32,000 nucleotides of DNA from Mycobacterium celatum (GCF_002101595.1 NZ_LQOM01000014.1:137539-169538), one strand, 5' to 3'; positions 7,070 through 14,481 are shown, counted from the first letter of the stretch. The notes: a model not told the origin generated them from the sequence alone. A program made the numbers and translations.

Positions 7070-9121
7070 ATGCGGTTGGCCGCTCGGGCGTTGTCTGCAG
7101 CGGTGGTACTGCTGTCCGGGGTGGCCGGTGTCGGTGCCGTCGGCGTAGCGTCGGCCGAGCCGGTGGTCGCAAGTTCCGGCGCCCGGCTGGTGGGCTGGGA
7201 CACCTATCGGCGCTTGGATCGGTTGCCGTACCTCAGCCCCGACACGCAAAGCCTGCAGGTGTCGAGCTTTGATCGCAGCGGCGGCGATTTCGACATCTCC
7301 ACCGGCAACAAGAACGGCAGCGGGGGATGTCTGGCTTTCGGGGGTGCCGGCTGTGTCATCGCGGAGGATCACGGTGCGGGAGAGATTGATTCGATCTGGT
7401 TCACCCGCGATGGCGGCAATGTGACCGCGCTGGGAACGATCCGCATCGAGCTGGATGGGCAGACGGCGATCGACGCACCATTGCAATCGTTGGTCGATGG
7501 AGCGCTGGGTGCGCCGTTCGTGTGGCCTCTGGTAGCCAACGCTGCACAATCGCCGGGCGGAGTTTACGTCAAGGTGCCGATGCCGTATCGGGAGTCGATG
7601 CGGATCAGCGTCGCGTCCAATTTGGAGTACTACCACGTCGATTATCGACACTTCTCGACAGCCGACGGCGTGACCACTTTCTCGCGCTCCGATACCGCGC
7701 TCGACGTAGTTGCCATGCTCCGCGCCGCAGGCACCGCCGACCCCAAGCCCGCCGCACCCACGGCGGTGCATACCAGTCGCGTCGTCGATCTCCCCGCCGG
7801 ACATGGCGTGACGATCGCGGAATCGACTGGGCCAGCGAGTGTTTCGGCGCTGCACCTATGGTTGCCTACGGATCAGCTCCTGTCCGGGTTGCGGCTGCAG
7901 ATCGAGTTCGACGGCGAAACCAGAGTCGACTCGCCCCTTGGCGAATTCTTCGGTGCGGGCCTGGGCGCCAACGACGTGCGATCGCTGCTGTTCGCCACGA
8001 TCCCGCAGCCCGGGGGGCCGCTGTCGTTGTCGGCGTGGTGGCCGATGCCGTTCGCCCGCTCAGCGCAAGTCGCCATCGTCAATACGACGGGCGATCCCGT
8101 AGCGGGTATCGACAGCGATGTCGTGATCACACCCGACCCCCAGTGGGGACCCGCATTGGCGAGTGGTCGCGCCGGCTACTTCACCGCGCGCTCGCACGCC
8201 GGACCAACGACAGCAGGTCAGGACTGGTTGTTCGCCGACGAACACGGCCACGGCAAGTTTGTTGGCGTCAGCCACACCATCCGCGGTAGTCGGATCAGGA
8301 CGTCGTTCAGCGATGACGCTCCCTACTTTCTGGAAGGAGCCGAACGCGTATACACCGACGGTGCCGAATCGCCCCAGTGGTACGGCACCGGCACCGAGGA
8401 CTTCTACGAGGGCGGCTGGTATTTCAAGAACGGCAAGCACTTCAGCGATCCGCTCACCGGACAGCCGGATCAACGTACGGCCACCGGCGGATGCGCAGAC
8501 TACTGCGTGGCTGCCTATCGGCTCATGCTCCCGGAGGCTATCGACTACCACTCGGCGATCCGATTCGGCATCGAGCACGGCAAACGCAACATGGTCCAAC
8601 CCGACTACAGCTCAACGGCTTTCCTCTACGCACAACCCGACGACGCCGCCACACCGAGCGACGACGTCAACCCCACCGATCCCGTCAGCCGAATCCTGCA
8701 CGGCTACAACGATGCTGACGCCAGTGACCAACTACTGGTCAGCCAATACGAGGGCAGTGAAGACACCCGCCCAGTCGTCGGGGTAGTCCACGCCACCCGA
8801 ACTGCGACCACCTTCGACGTCGCACTCGCCCCGGACAACCACGGCATCCTGCTGCGCCGCACGTCGGACCAAGCAGCGGGATTTCAGTCAGCCGACGTAG
8901 CCATAGACGGCATTCCCGCCGGTACATGGTTACAGCCGCGCAGCAACGGCATACACCGTTGGCTCGATGACACGTACCTGGTACCTGGCTTTCTCACAGT
9001 AGGCAAGGAGCGCGTCACTGTCACACTGGCACCTACTGCCGATGCACCGCCATGGACCGCCAGCCGCTACCACGTGGACACGCTGACGGGCGCTCAAAGT
9101 AGTGAATCCTCCTGGTGGTAA
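7070..9121 (+). CDS. Secreted DUF2961 / GH172-like protein with an extra C-terminal beta-rich domain
   Basis: ORF 6929..9121. The start is set at ATG 7070, giving the Sec signal MRLAARALSAAVVLLSGVAGVGAVGVASA|EP. GAGEIDSIWFTRDG...IRIELDG and FLEGAERVYTDGAESPQWYGTGTEDFYEGGWYF resemble the two jelly-roll motifs I associate with DUF2961 (GTGxEDYF). Confidence 0.6.
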   Translation: MRLAARALSAAVVLLSGVAGVGAVGVASAEPVVASSGARLVGWDTYRRLDRLPYLSPDTQSLQVSSFDRSGGDFDISTGNKNGSGGCLAFGGAGCVIAEDHGAGEIDSIWFTRDGGNVTALGTIRIELDGQTAIDAPLQSLVDGALGAPFVWPLVANAAQSPGGVYVKVPMPYRESMRISVASNLEYYHVDYRHFSTADGVTTFSRSDTALDVVAMLRAAGTADPKPAAPTAVHTSRVVDLPAGHGVTIAESTGPASVSALHLWLPTDQLLSGLRLQIEFDGETRVDSPLGEFFGAGLGANDVRSLLFATIPQPGGPLSLSAWWPMPFARSAQVAIVNTTGDPVAGIDSDVVITPDPQWGPALASGRAGYFTARSHAGPTTAGQDWLFADEHGHGKFVGVSHTIRGSRIRTSFSDDAPYFLEGAERVYTDGAESPQWYGTGTEDFYEGGWYFKNGKHFSDPLTGQPDQRTATGGCADYCVAAYRLMLPEAIDYHSAIRFGIEHGKRNMVQPDYSSTAFLYAQPDDAATPSDDVNPTDPVSRILHGYNDADASDQLLVSQYEGSEDTRPVVGVVHATRTATTFDVALAPDNHGILLRRTSDQAAGFQSADVAIDGIPAGTWLQPRSNGIHRWLDDTYLVPGFLTVGKERVTVTLAPTADAPPWTASRYHVDTLTGAQSSESSWW

Positions 9122-9147
9122 GCAGCTCGGTCGTCGACAATGGCGGG

Positions 9148-9249
9148 GTGGTTTGCAGGGCGCTGACCGCGGTCGCGGTGATGTTTGCGGTGGTCGCGTG
9201 TTCGGGGGTGACCAGGCGAACTTGTCGCCTTGCGCCGGTATCAACCTGA
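9148..9249 (+). pseudogene. Orphan 5' stub of a lipoprotein gene (signal peptide plus lipobox, then premature stop)
   Basis: Reading from GTG 9148 gives (M)[32 protein letters not shown]. This has a positive n-region, a hydrophobic core and the lipobox V-V-A-C. The frame ends inside the 3' end of mazF. It is too short for the ORF track. Confidence 0.3.
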
Positions 9250-9570
9250 ACAATCAACTGCGACCTCAAGCGCCGCACAAATCGCGCGCATCCGGGTATC
9301 GGCAAGCCGGCCAAGCCGACTGACCAAGACTGCGACCGAGACACTTTCGACCGAATCCAGGTTCACCGCCGAACGCCGGGGAATCGGGTCGAGGCCAGGC
9401 TCAAGGACGACCTCGCTTGCCACCCCCCGGATGGTCGTGGTGCACGGAGCGACGAGTGTGCGCCGAAGCCGAGGGATCGCCGCGTCGCGCGACAACACCA
9501 CAACCGGGCGTCGGCCGATCTCCGCCATCTCGCACCACCACACCTCTCCGCGTGCTGGCAATGCGGTCAC
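9241..9570 (-). CDS. mazF: MazF/PemK-family endoribonuclease toxin
   Basis: [53 protein letters not shown]...[23 protein letters not shown] shows the MazF fold motifs. The start is set at GTG 9570, which overlaps the antitoxin stop as GTGA. Confidence 0.85.
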   Translation of the reverse strand: MTALPARGEVWWCEMAEIGRRPVVVLSRDAAIPRLRRTLVAPCTTTIRGVASEVVLEPGLDPIPRRSAVNLDSVESVSVAVLVSRLGRLADTRMRAICAALEVAVDCSG

Positions 9571-9803
9571 GACGCGCCAGCAGCTCGCCGCCACGACGCC
9601 AGGTCGCCCCACTCGTCGGGCTCATCAGCCGGGTGCTCGTCATAAGCGGCATAACTCGCATCTACTTCAGCCGATCGATGACGAGCTAGCAGGGCGTCGA
9701 GAGCCTCATCGATGAGGGCGGCATCCGTGCTTCCCGACCGCAGACCGCGCGCAGCGGTCAACAACTTGGCATCAACGGTGGTGCTCAATCGTATGCGACG
9801 CAT
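9567..9803 (-). CDS. mazE: RHH-type MazE-like antitoxin
   Basis: This is the C-terminal 78 codons of ORF 9567..10412, starting at ATG 9803: [21 protein letters not shown]...[12 protein letters not shown], followed by an acidic tail ending [12 protein letters not shown]. It is translationally coupled to mazF. Confidence 0.75.
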   Translation of the reverse strand: MRRIRLSTTVDAKLLTAARGLRSGSTDAALIDEALDALLARHRSAEVDASYAAYDEHPADEPDEWGDLASWRRAAGAS

Positions 9804-9812
9804 GCCATAACT

Positions 9813-10367
9813 ATGCCACACACTCATCCTGGCGCCGACTCTGCCGCCAAGGCCGCCTTTGGTGTAGCCGGCTTCACCGGCGATCCGATCTACACCAGGG
9901 CGAATGTGCGGCCAACGCTGTTCTTCGCCGTGTACGAGCGGCGGGCGACGCGCGGCATCGCCGAGGCCGAGGCTCAACTCGCCGCTGCGGGCGGCGCATC
10001 TGAAGGAATGGATGCGGTTATCGACCGCGTGTTGCGGCGGCGCGGGCGAGACGATGGCTGGCTCGCCGTGTTCTTTGAGTTCTGGGCGCGCGCTGTCCGT
10101 AGGCCGGCGCTGCGCGCCCGCTTCGGCGAGGTCCACCTGCGTGCGCAAAGGCCTTTCATGCGGGCGATCGAAGCTCACGCATGCGAACACGGGTACGAGT
10201 TGCCCGATGAGTCGCGAAAGCTCGCGGTCGCGACGTACGCAATGCAACCGGGTTTGCAGCTCGAGCGGCTGGCTCTGCCGGATCTCGTCGACCCGGAATT
10301 CGGGGTGCGAATGAATCGCCTGCTTCTGGACGACCTGGCGCGGAGCGAGGGACATCACGAACGTTAA
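9813..10367 (+). pseudogene. TetR-family regulator remnant lacking the N-terminal HTH
   Basis: [38 protein letters not shown]... is a typical TetR C-terminal ligand domain. Only a degenerate trace of HTH helix 3 is left ([26 protein letters not shown]). The upstream in-frame sequence is simply the antisense of mazE. Confidence 0.4.
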
Positions 10368-10387
10368 GCACAAGCACAAGCACAAGC
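10366..10387. repeat. Hexanucleotide microsatellite (AAGCAC), about 3.7 units
   Basis: aagcac aagcac aagcac aagc, read directly from the sequence. It lies at the junction between the TetR remnant and the PaaK-like fragment, and encodes KHKHKHK in the frame of that fragment. Confidence 0.9.
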
Positions 10388-10715
10388 GCATCGCGAACTT
10401 CTGGTCAGCCACAAAGCTTTCCCGCCGTCTCAGTGATCAAGAGCGGTGGCCGCGGGAGCGGCTGCTTAACTTTCAACAGAAACGGCTCGACGAGCTGGTA
10501 CGGTTCGCGGTGACGCACTCACCTTATTACCGCGAACGCATCGGAAGTGTCTATGGCCCAGTCGAATTGGGTCGGCTGCCGATGCTCGACAAGGCGACGA
10601 TGATGGAGCGCTTCGACGATGTCGTCATCGAGCGTCGGTTGCGTCGCGACGATTTGGCTGGCCACGTCGAGGACTTGACCGGCGATCCGCTGTACTTGGG
10701 GTACGCTGTTGTCGC
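10387..10715 (+). pseudogene. N-terminal fragment of a PaaK-like / F390-synthetase-like adenylate-forming enzyme
   Basis: The frame reads [53 protein letters not shown]...LPMLDKATMMERFDDVV...DPLYLG, the typical N-terminal domain of this family. No start codon lies upstream in frame (stop at 10312-10314). Similarity stops at about 10715, before the AMP-binding core. Confidence 0.45.
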
Positions 10716-10774
10716 CGAACGAATTCACGCTTGGCTCGAAACACTTTGTCCCGCGTACCAGCCCGAGGATCAGC

Positions 10775-10799
10775 GAGGCCGAGATTTCATCTCGGCCTC
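10775..10799. terminator. Perfect 11-bp stem / 3-nt loop hairpin
   Basis: GAGGCCGAGAT-TTC-ATCTCGGCCTC. There is no U-tract, as is common for mycobacterial hairpin terminators. It sits between the PaaK-like fragment and the CBM2 gene. Confidence 0.35.
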
Positions 10800-10873
10800 A
10801 GTTCGGCAAAGGTACTGCAGTGTACCGCGATGCGAAGGCCGATATCGCCCGGCTGGTTTTAGGGTTGCCTGCT

Positions 10874-11302
10874 ATGGCCGGACTGAAGAACTATGTGAAG
10901 CGCTGCCGCACAGCGCTTCACGTAACGGCGTCGGCATTGATGGTTGCCATCCTGGGACTCGCCGTCACGCCTGTGGCTCATGCGGCTGCAGCCACGGCGA
11001 GGTTGTCGGTGGAACATACGTGGCAGACCGGTTTCATCGCCCGCTTCAGCATCACCAACGCGAGCATGGTGCCGCTAAGCGATTGGAAGCTTGAATTCGA
11101 CATGCCGGCGGGACAATCCGTCTCGCACGCATGGAATAGCACCGTTACCCAATATGGCACGCACTTTGTCGTTACCCCCGCGAATTGGAATCGTGTCGTT
11201 GCACCGGGTGGTTCAGCCACAGGTGGTTTCAGAGGCGTGCTGAGCGGTTCCTACTCGCCACCGTCGAATTGTCGGCTCAACGGGCAATATCCGTGCAGCT
11301 AA
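10874..11302 (+). CDS. Secreted CBM2 (cellulose/chitin-binding module family 2)-only protein
   Basis: ORF 10709..11302. The start is set at ATG 10874: MAGLKNYVKRCRTALHVTASALMVAILGLAVTPVAHA is the signal peptide. The CBM2 core follows: WQTGFIARFSITN...WKLEFDMPAG...GTHFVVTPANWNRVVAPGGSATGGF...NGQYPC. Its size and layout recall M. tuberculosis Rv1987 (from memory). Confidence 0.8.
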   Translation: MAGLKNYVKRCRTALHVTASALMVAILGLAVTPVAHAAAATARLSVEHTWQTGFIARFSITNASMVPLSDWKLEFDMPAGQSVSHAWNSTVTQYGTHFVVTPANWNRVVAPGGSATGGFRGVLSGSYSPPSNCRLNGQYPCS

Positions 11303-11556
11303 TCGCTCGCTAGGCGAGACAGGCGTCCGGCTTCGCCACCCCTTCGTCGCCGCCGAGGAGACTGCGACCGAGTCGCCGGTCGGCAGGCCCGTGGGATTGC
11401 TGAGAAGCGCGACGCAATGAACAACGACCCGCGGATCGTTCCCGGCATCCTCGGCGTGGCGGAGCCGATCACGGTTCCCACCTGGTAACTGCTCGGCGAT
11501 GACCGAATTATCCGAGTCGGGCGTCGCGCAGAGCTTCCCGGCGTTAGTCTTTGCCG

Positions 11557-12510
11557 ATGATCGCGGGCGAGAAGGCGCCTGACTTCACGCTGTATGACCA
11601 CACCGGTCGACCTCGGAAACTGTCTGCGTTCCTTTCCGAAGGGCCGGTTGTCCTGTTCTTCTTCCCCCTCGCGTCCTCACCGATCTGTACTGCCCAGGCC
11701 TGTCATTTCCGGGACCTGAGCAGCGAATTCGCCGCGGTGGGCGCCCAGCGGGTGGGCATCAGCACCGACACCGTCGACAAGCAGGCCCACTTCGCCCAAC
11801 AGCGCGCGTTCGACTATCCGCTGCTCTCTGACGCCGACGGCGTGGTGTCCGAGCTGTTCGGGGTGCGCCGGGGCAGACTAGCCGGGCTGCGGAGATCCTT
11901 CGTGGCGCGTGAGGCGGCCCGGCGTCGCCGACACAGCCGACGCCGCGGCATGCTGGCTCGGCTGCTCCCGGTCAGACGGGCCACATTCGTCATCGACACC
12001 GACCGCACCATCCTCAAAGTCGTGTCCAGCGAACTGCGCGCATCGGTGCATGCCGACCAGGCCCTGCGGTTCTTGCAGAACCACAAGCCGCATCGTTCGG
12101 CACATGTCCACGAGGCCACGGGCGAACCGACCGACGAGTGGTTTGCAGATCCGGAAACCACCGACGAGCCGAGCCTGGTCCGGCCATACACACTGACGGG
12201 AGGCCGTACCGACTCCGGCGTCGAACTGCCACTCGACGCTCCGGTCGAAGCGCTCGACACCACAGCGAAGCCGCCGCGCTGGCGGAGAAATGATGTGCGC
12301 GGCCAGATCCTGACGTGTTGTGTGCACAGCCCCTCGGTCGCAGAGATCGCCGCTCGTCTGTCCTTGCCGCTCGGTGCGACGCGGTTCCTGGTCGGTGATC
12401 TGGTGACACAGGGTTATTTGCGGGTGCACGCACCCCCCGCTGACTCGATGGCAATCGACGAACGACGTGAACTGATACGAAGGACCCTGAGTGGCCTAAG
12501 AGCACTCTGA
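11557..12510 (+). CDS. Fusion ORF: BCP/PrxQ-type peroxiredoxin (N-terminal) plus DUF742 conservon-type winged-helix module (C-terminal)
   Basis: ORF 11551..12510, with ATG at 11557. The peroxiredoxin half shows EKAPDFTLYD, PVVLFFFP, the PICTAQAC Cys pair, FDYPLLSDADG and RATFVIDTD. The DUF742 half shows DEWFADP, SLVRPYTLTGGRT, SVAEIAARLSLPLGATRFLVGDLVTQGYLRV and TLSGLRAL. No in-frame stop separates the halves. Confidence 0.8.
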   Translation: MIAGEKAPDFTLYDHTGRPRKLSAFLSEGPVVLFFFPLASSPICTAQACHFRDLSSEFAAVGAQRVGISTDTVDKQAHFAQQRAFDYPLLSDADGVVSELFGVRRGRLAGLRRSFVAREAARRRRHSRRRGMLARLLPVRRATFVIDTDRTILKVVSSELRASVHADQALRFLQNHKPHRSAHVHEATGEPTDEWFADPETTDEPSLVRPYTLTGGRTDSGVELPLDAPVEALDTTAKPPRWRRNDVRGQILTCCVHSPSVAEIAARLSLPLGATRFLVGDLVTQGYLRVHAPPADSMAIDERRELIRRTLSGLRAL

Positions 12511-12757
12511 GGGAGAGCTCTATAGAGCGTGGGCAGGGTTTTAATAGCGTGGCGCGTGTCCATTGGGTCATGCGGGAGCGGGCGACCGCGTGCGTCGATT
12601 GAATACTGACGCATGCGTTGTCATCCTGAAGCCATGGTGAAGTATCGCGATCCCGGGCCGATTGTCTTTGATGCTGCCATCGAACGTCCGGACGGCGGCC
12701 AAGTCCGGAGGCGTGGTGTAAGAGTTCGCTCGATCGCGTGACCCTTCGGCTGGCAGT

Positions 12758-13003
12758 TTAGGCGGTCAGGGCTGGTGTTGTGGTGGGCTGGTGTGTGGTG
12801 GTTTCGTCGGTGCTGGTCAGTACGGCGCGGGCTCGGGTGAGAACGTCGAGACCGAGGTAGCGGCGGCCTTCGATCCACTCGTCGTGTTGCTCAGCAAGCA
12901 CGGCGCCGACGAGGCGGATGATGGCGGTGCGGTCAGGGAAGATGCCCACGACGTCGGTTCGGCGGCGGAGCTCTTTATTGAGGCGCTCCTTTATCCGGCC
13001 CTC
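12758..13003 (-). mobile_element. IS256-family transposase, C-terminal fragment only (about 80 codons)
   Basis: The minus frame reads ...[54 protein letters not shown]..., the conserved C-terminus of IS256/mutator-type transposases. An in-frame stop lies immediately upstream, and the catalytic core is absent. Confidence 0.75.
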
Positions 13004-13034
13004 GGGGGCGCTTCAACCGCAGAGCTGGTTGGTG

Positions 13035-13270
13035 TTAGCGGTTGAGGCGTTGGAGGTGGTCGGTGAGGGCGTGCGCGACGCGGTCGTGGCGGGCGGCTTC
13101 GTCGGTCCAGCCACGGGTTTCGGCGTCGGCTTTGAGGGCCTGGATGTCGGCGAGTTGGTCGGTGAGGGCACCCCGGAATTCGGGTGCGGTGATGTAGTTG
13201 TCGCAGGTTTCACAGATGTTGGCATACGGGCATGCGCCAGCGGCCGGATGGCGAGCACAGTAACCATGAG
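13035..13270 (-). pseudogene. Tyrosine recombinase/integrase, C-terminal fragment
   Basis: HGYCARHPAAGACPYANICETCDNYITAPEFRGALTDQLADIQALKADAETRGWTDEAARHDRV...HLQRLNR matches the Cys-rich C-terminal tail (CPyan.CetC.nF) of actinobacterial multi-recombinase-element integrases. The catalytic domain is missing. The upstream part of ORF 13035..13370 is the antisense of the mazF fragment. Confidence 0.55.
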
Positions 13271-13281
13271 CGACACGGGTT

Positions 13282-13560
13282 TTGAGCAGCACGCGCCCCG
13301 CGCTCGTGGTGTCGGTCGACATTCTCAACAACGGACCGGGCGGGCTGGTGGTCGTGGTCCCGATCACCACAGCCAGTTATGGGCTGCGAAGCCATGTCGA
13401 ACTGGAACCAGGGGACAGCGGGTTGGACCACATCTCCTACGCTCGCTGCGACCAACTGCGAGCGGTCTCCGTCGAACGACTGTCATCTCGCCAGGGGATG
13501 GTTAGCCCAGAACAGATGCAGTCCATTGACCAAGCCCTGCGCTTCGTGCTTGAGCTGTGA
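13282..13560 (+). pseudogene. mazF: MazF/PemK toxin, 5'-truncated
   Basis: TRPALVVSVDILNNGPGGLVVVVPITTASYGLRSHVELEP...LDHISYARCDQLRAVSVERL...QMQSIDQALRFVLEL forms the central and C-terminal MazF core. The N-terminal beta-strands (about 25 aa) and any cognate mazE are replaced by the recombinase fragment. Confidence 0.65.
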
Positions 13561-13842
13561 TGCCCAGCTGTCCACGCCAAGACGAGAAACAACGAAAACC
13601 ATTGGCAGACAAAGACAAAACGGCGAGTTACTGGCAACACAAACCCGTCGTATTCGACTATGGCGTATTCGTTCGCTGTGGCCGTCGGTTGAACGGCTGG
13701 GATGAGCGGGCATGCGGCACATTACTGGTAACCCTGTATATTCGATTGCTGCAAATTCCGGTTTGTCACCTTCGGCTGGAGATGCCAACGCGACCATCGC
13801 CCATGCATTCGGACTGGGGTGGGTTGAACGTCGCAGTGCAAT

Positions 13843-14169
13843 TCAGCGTAGCTCGATGAGACGGTTGCCTGCAGCGACCAACTCGATGACGCGGCCGATC
13901 AGTGGCTCGAACCATTCGAGCAATACCCGGCGCCGTGTGTTGCCCACCCGCACCCACACGACGGGCGAACTGCTGTCGAGAAGCGCATCGCGGCGAAATC
14001 CTCGTCCTTGGTTACCAGCACTGCGTCGTGTTCGATGGCATAGCGCCAGAGGTCCCTGTCTGACCTGTCGCCGGGCCCGATATCGCATACATGCTCGGCG
14101 ACGTGACCGTGGTCAAAAAGCAGCCGCGCCAGTGCCGGCCGGAAGCTGCGCATCAATCAGGAACCGCAC
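13843..14169 (-). pseudogene. DUF5615 (PIN-like) toxin partner of DUF433, disrupted by two frameshifts
   Basis: GTG 14169 opens VRFLIDAQLP in one frame. PALARLLFDHGHVAEHVCDIGPGDRSDRDLWRYAIEHDAVLVTKDEDFAA continues in a second frame (shift near 14140, at ccgGccgg). LLDSSSPVVWVRVGNTRRRVLLEWFEPLIGRVIELVAAGNRLIELR continues in a third frame (shift near 13990). Confidence 0.7.
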
Positions 14170-14172
14170 GCG

Positions 14173-14481
14173 CTACGACGTGATCAGAATCGCGTGATCT
14201 ACCTGCGCTGCAGCGTATTGAAGGCACGCCCTGATGTCGTCTTCGGTCAGGTACGGGTAGTCCTCGAGAATTTCGGCTACGGAAGACCCGGCAGCCAGCA
14301 GCGCCAGGACGTCGGCGACGCGCATACGGGTCCCGCGAACGACCGGGCGACCGTGGACGATCTCCGGATCGACGACGATACGTTCGAGCAGGGGCGTGTC
14401 CCGAGGATACCGTCTTTGTGGTGGCGATAAATGGGCAACGACGGGAGCGGGCACACCAAAGGCTGGGGCAGGGTGATTCAT
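14173..14481 (-). CDS. DUF433-domain protein (antitoxin-like partner of DUF5615)
   Basis: IVVDPEIVHGRPVVRGTRMRVADVLALLAAGSSVAEILEDYPYLTEDDIRACLQYAA is the DUF433 core. The start is uncertain: ATG 14481 was chosen, with 14511 and 14559 as alternatives. The stop lies 3 nt before the GTG of the toxin remnant. Confidence 0.75.
   Translation of the reverse strand: MNHPAPAFGVPAPVVAHLSPPQRRYPRDTPLLERIVVDPEIVHGRPVVRGTRMRVADVLALLAAGSSVAEILEDYPYLTEDDIRACLQYAAAQVDHAILITS

Noticed and set aside
11299-11601. 100-aa minus-strand ORF and a 23-codon plus-strand ORF (MNNDPRIVPGILGVAEPITVPTW) between the CBM2 and peroxiredoxin genes
   Set aside because: There are no motifs, the composition is poor, and the ORF overlaps the peroxiredoxin start. 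It is probably a non-coding or degraded spacer.
12517-12612. 12-bp palindrome GCTCTATAGAGC (12517-12528) and the TGCGTC...GACGCA inverted repeat downstream of the Prx-DUF742 stop
   Set aside because: As RNA hairpins they have only 4-6 bp stems, too weak to call a terminator. They may relate to the nearby IS end, but I could not identify a matching second inverted repeat.
13557-13859. ORFs of about 100 aa on both strands in the lower-GC spacer after the mazF fragment
   Set aside because: Neither has family motifs or a convincing start or SD. The composition is atypical for coding sequence in this genome. I treated it as non-coding relic DNA.
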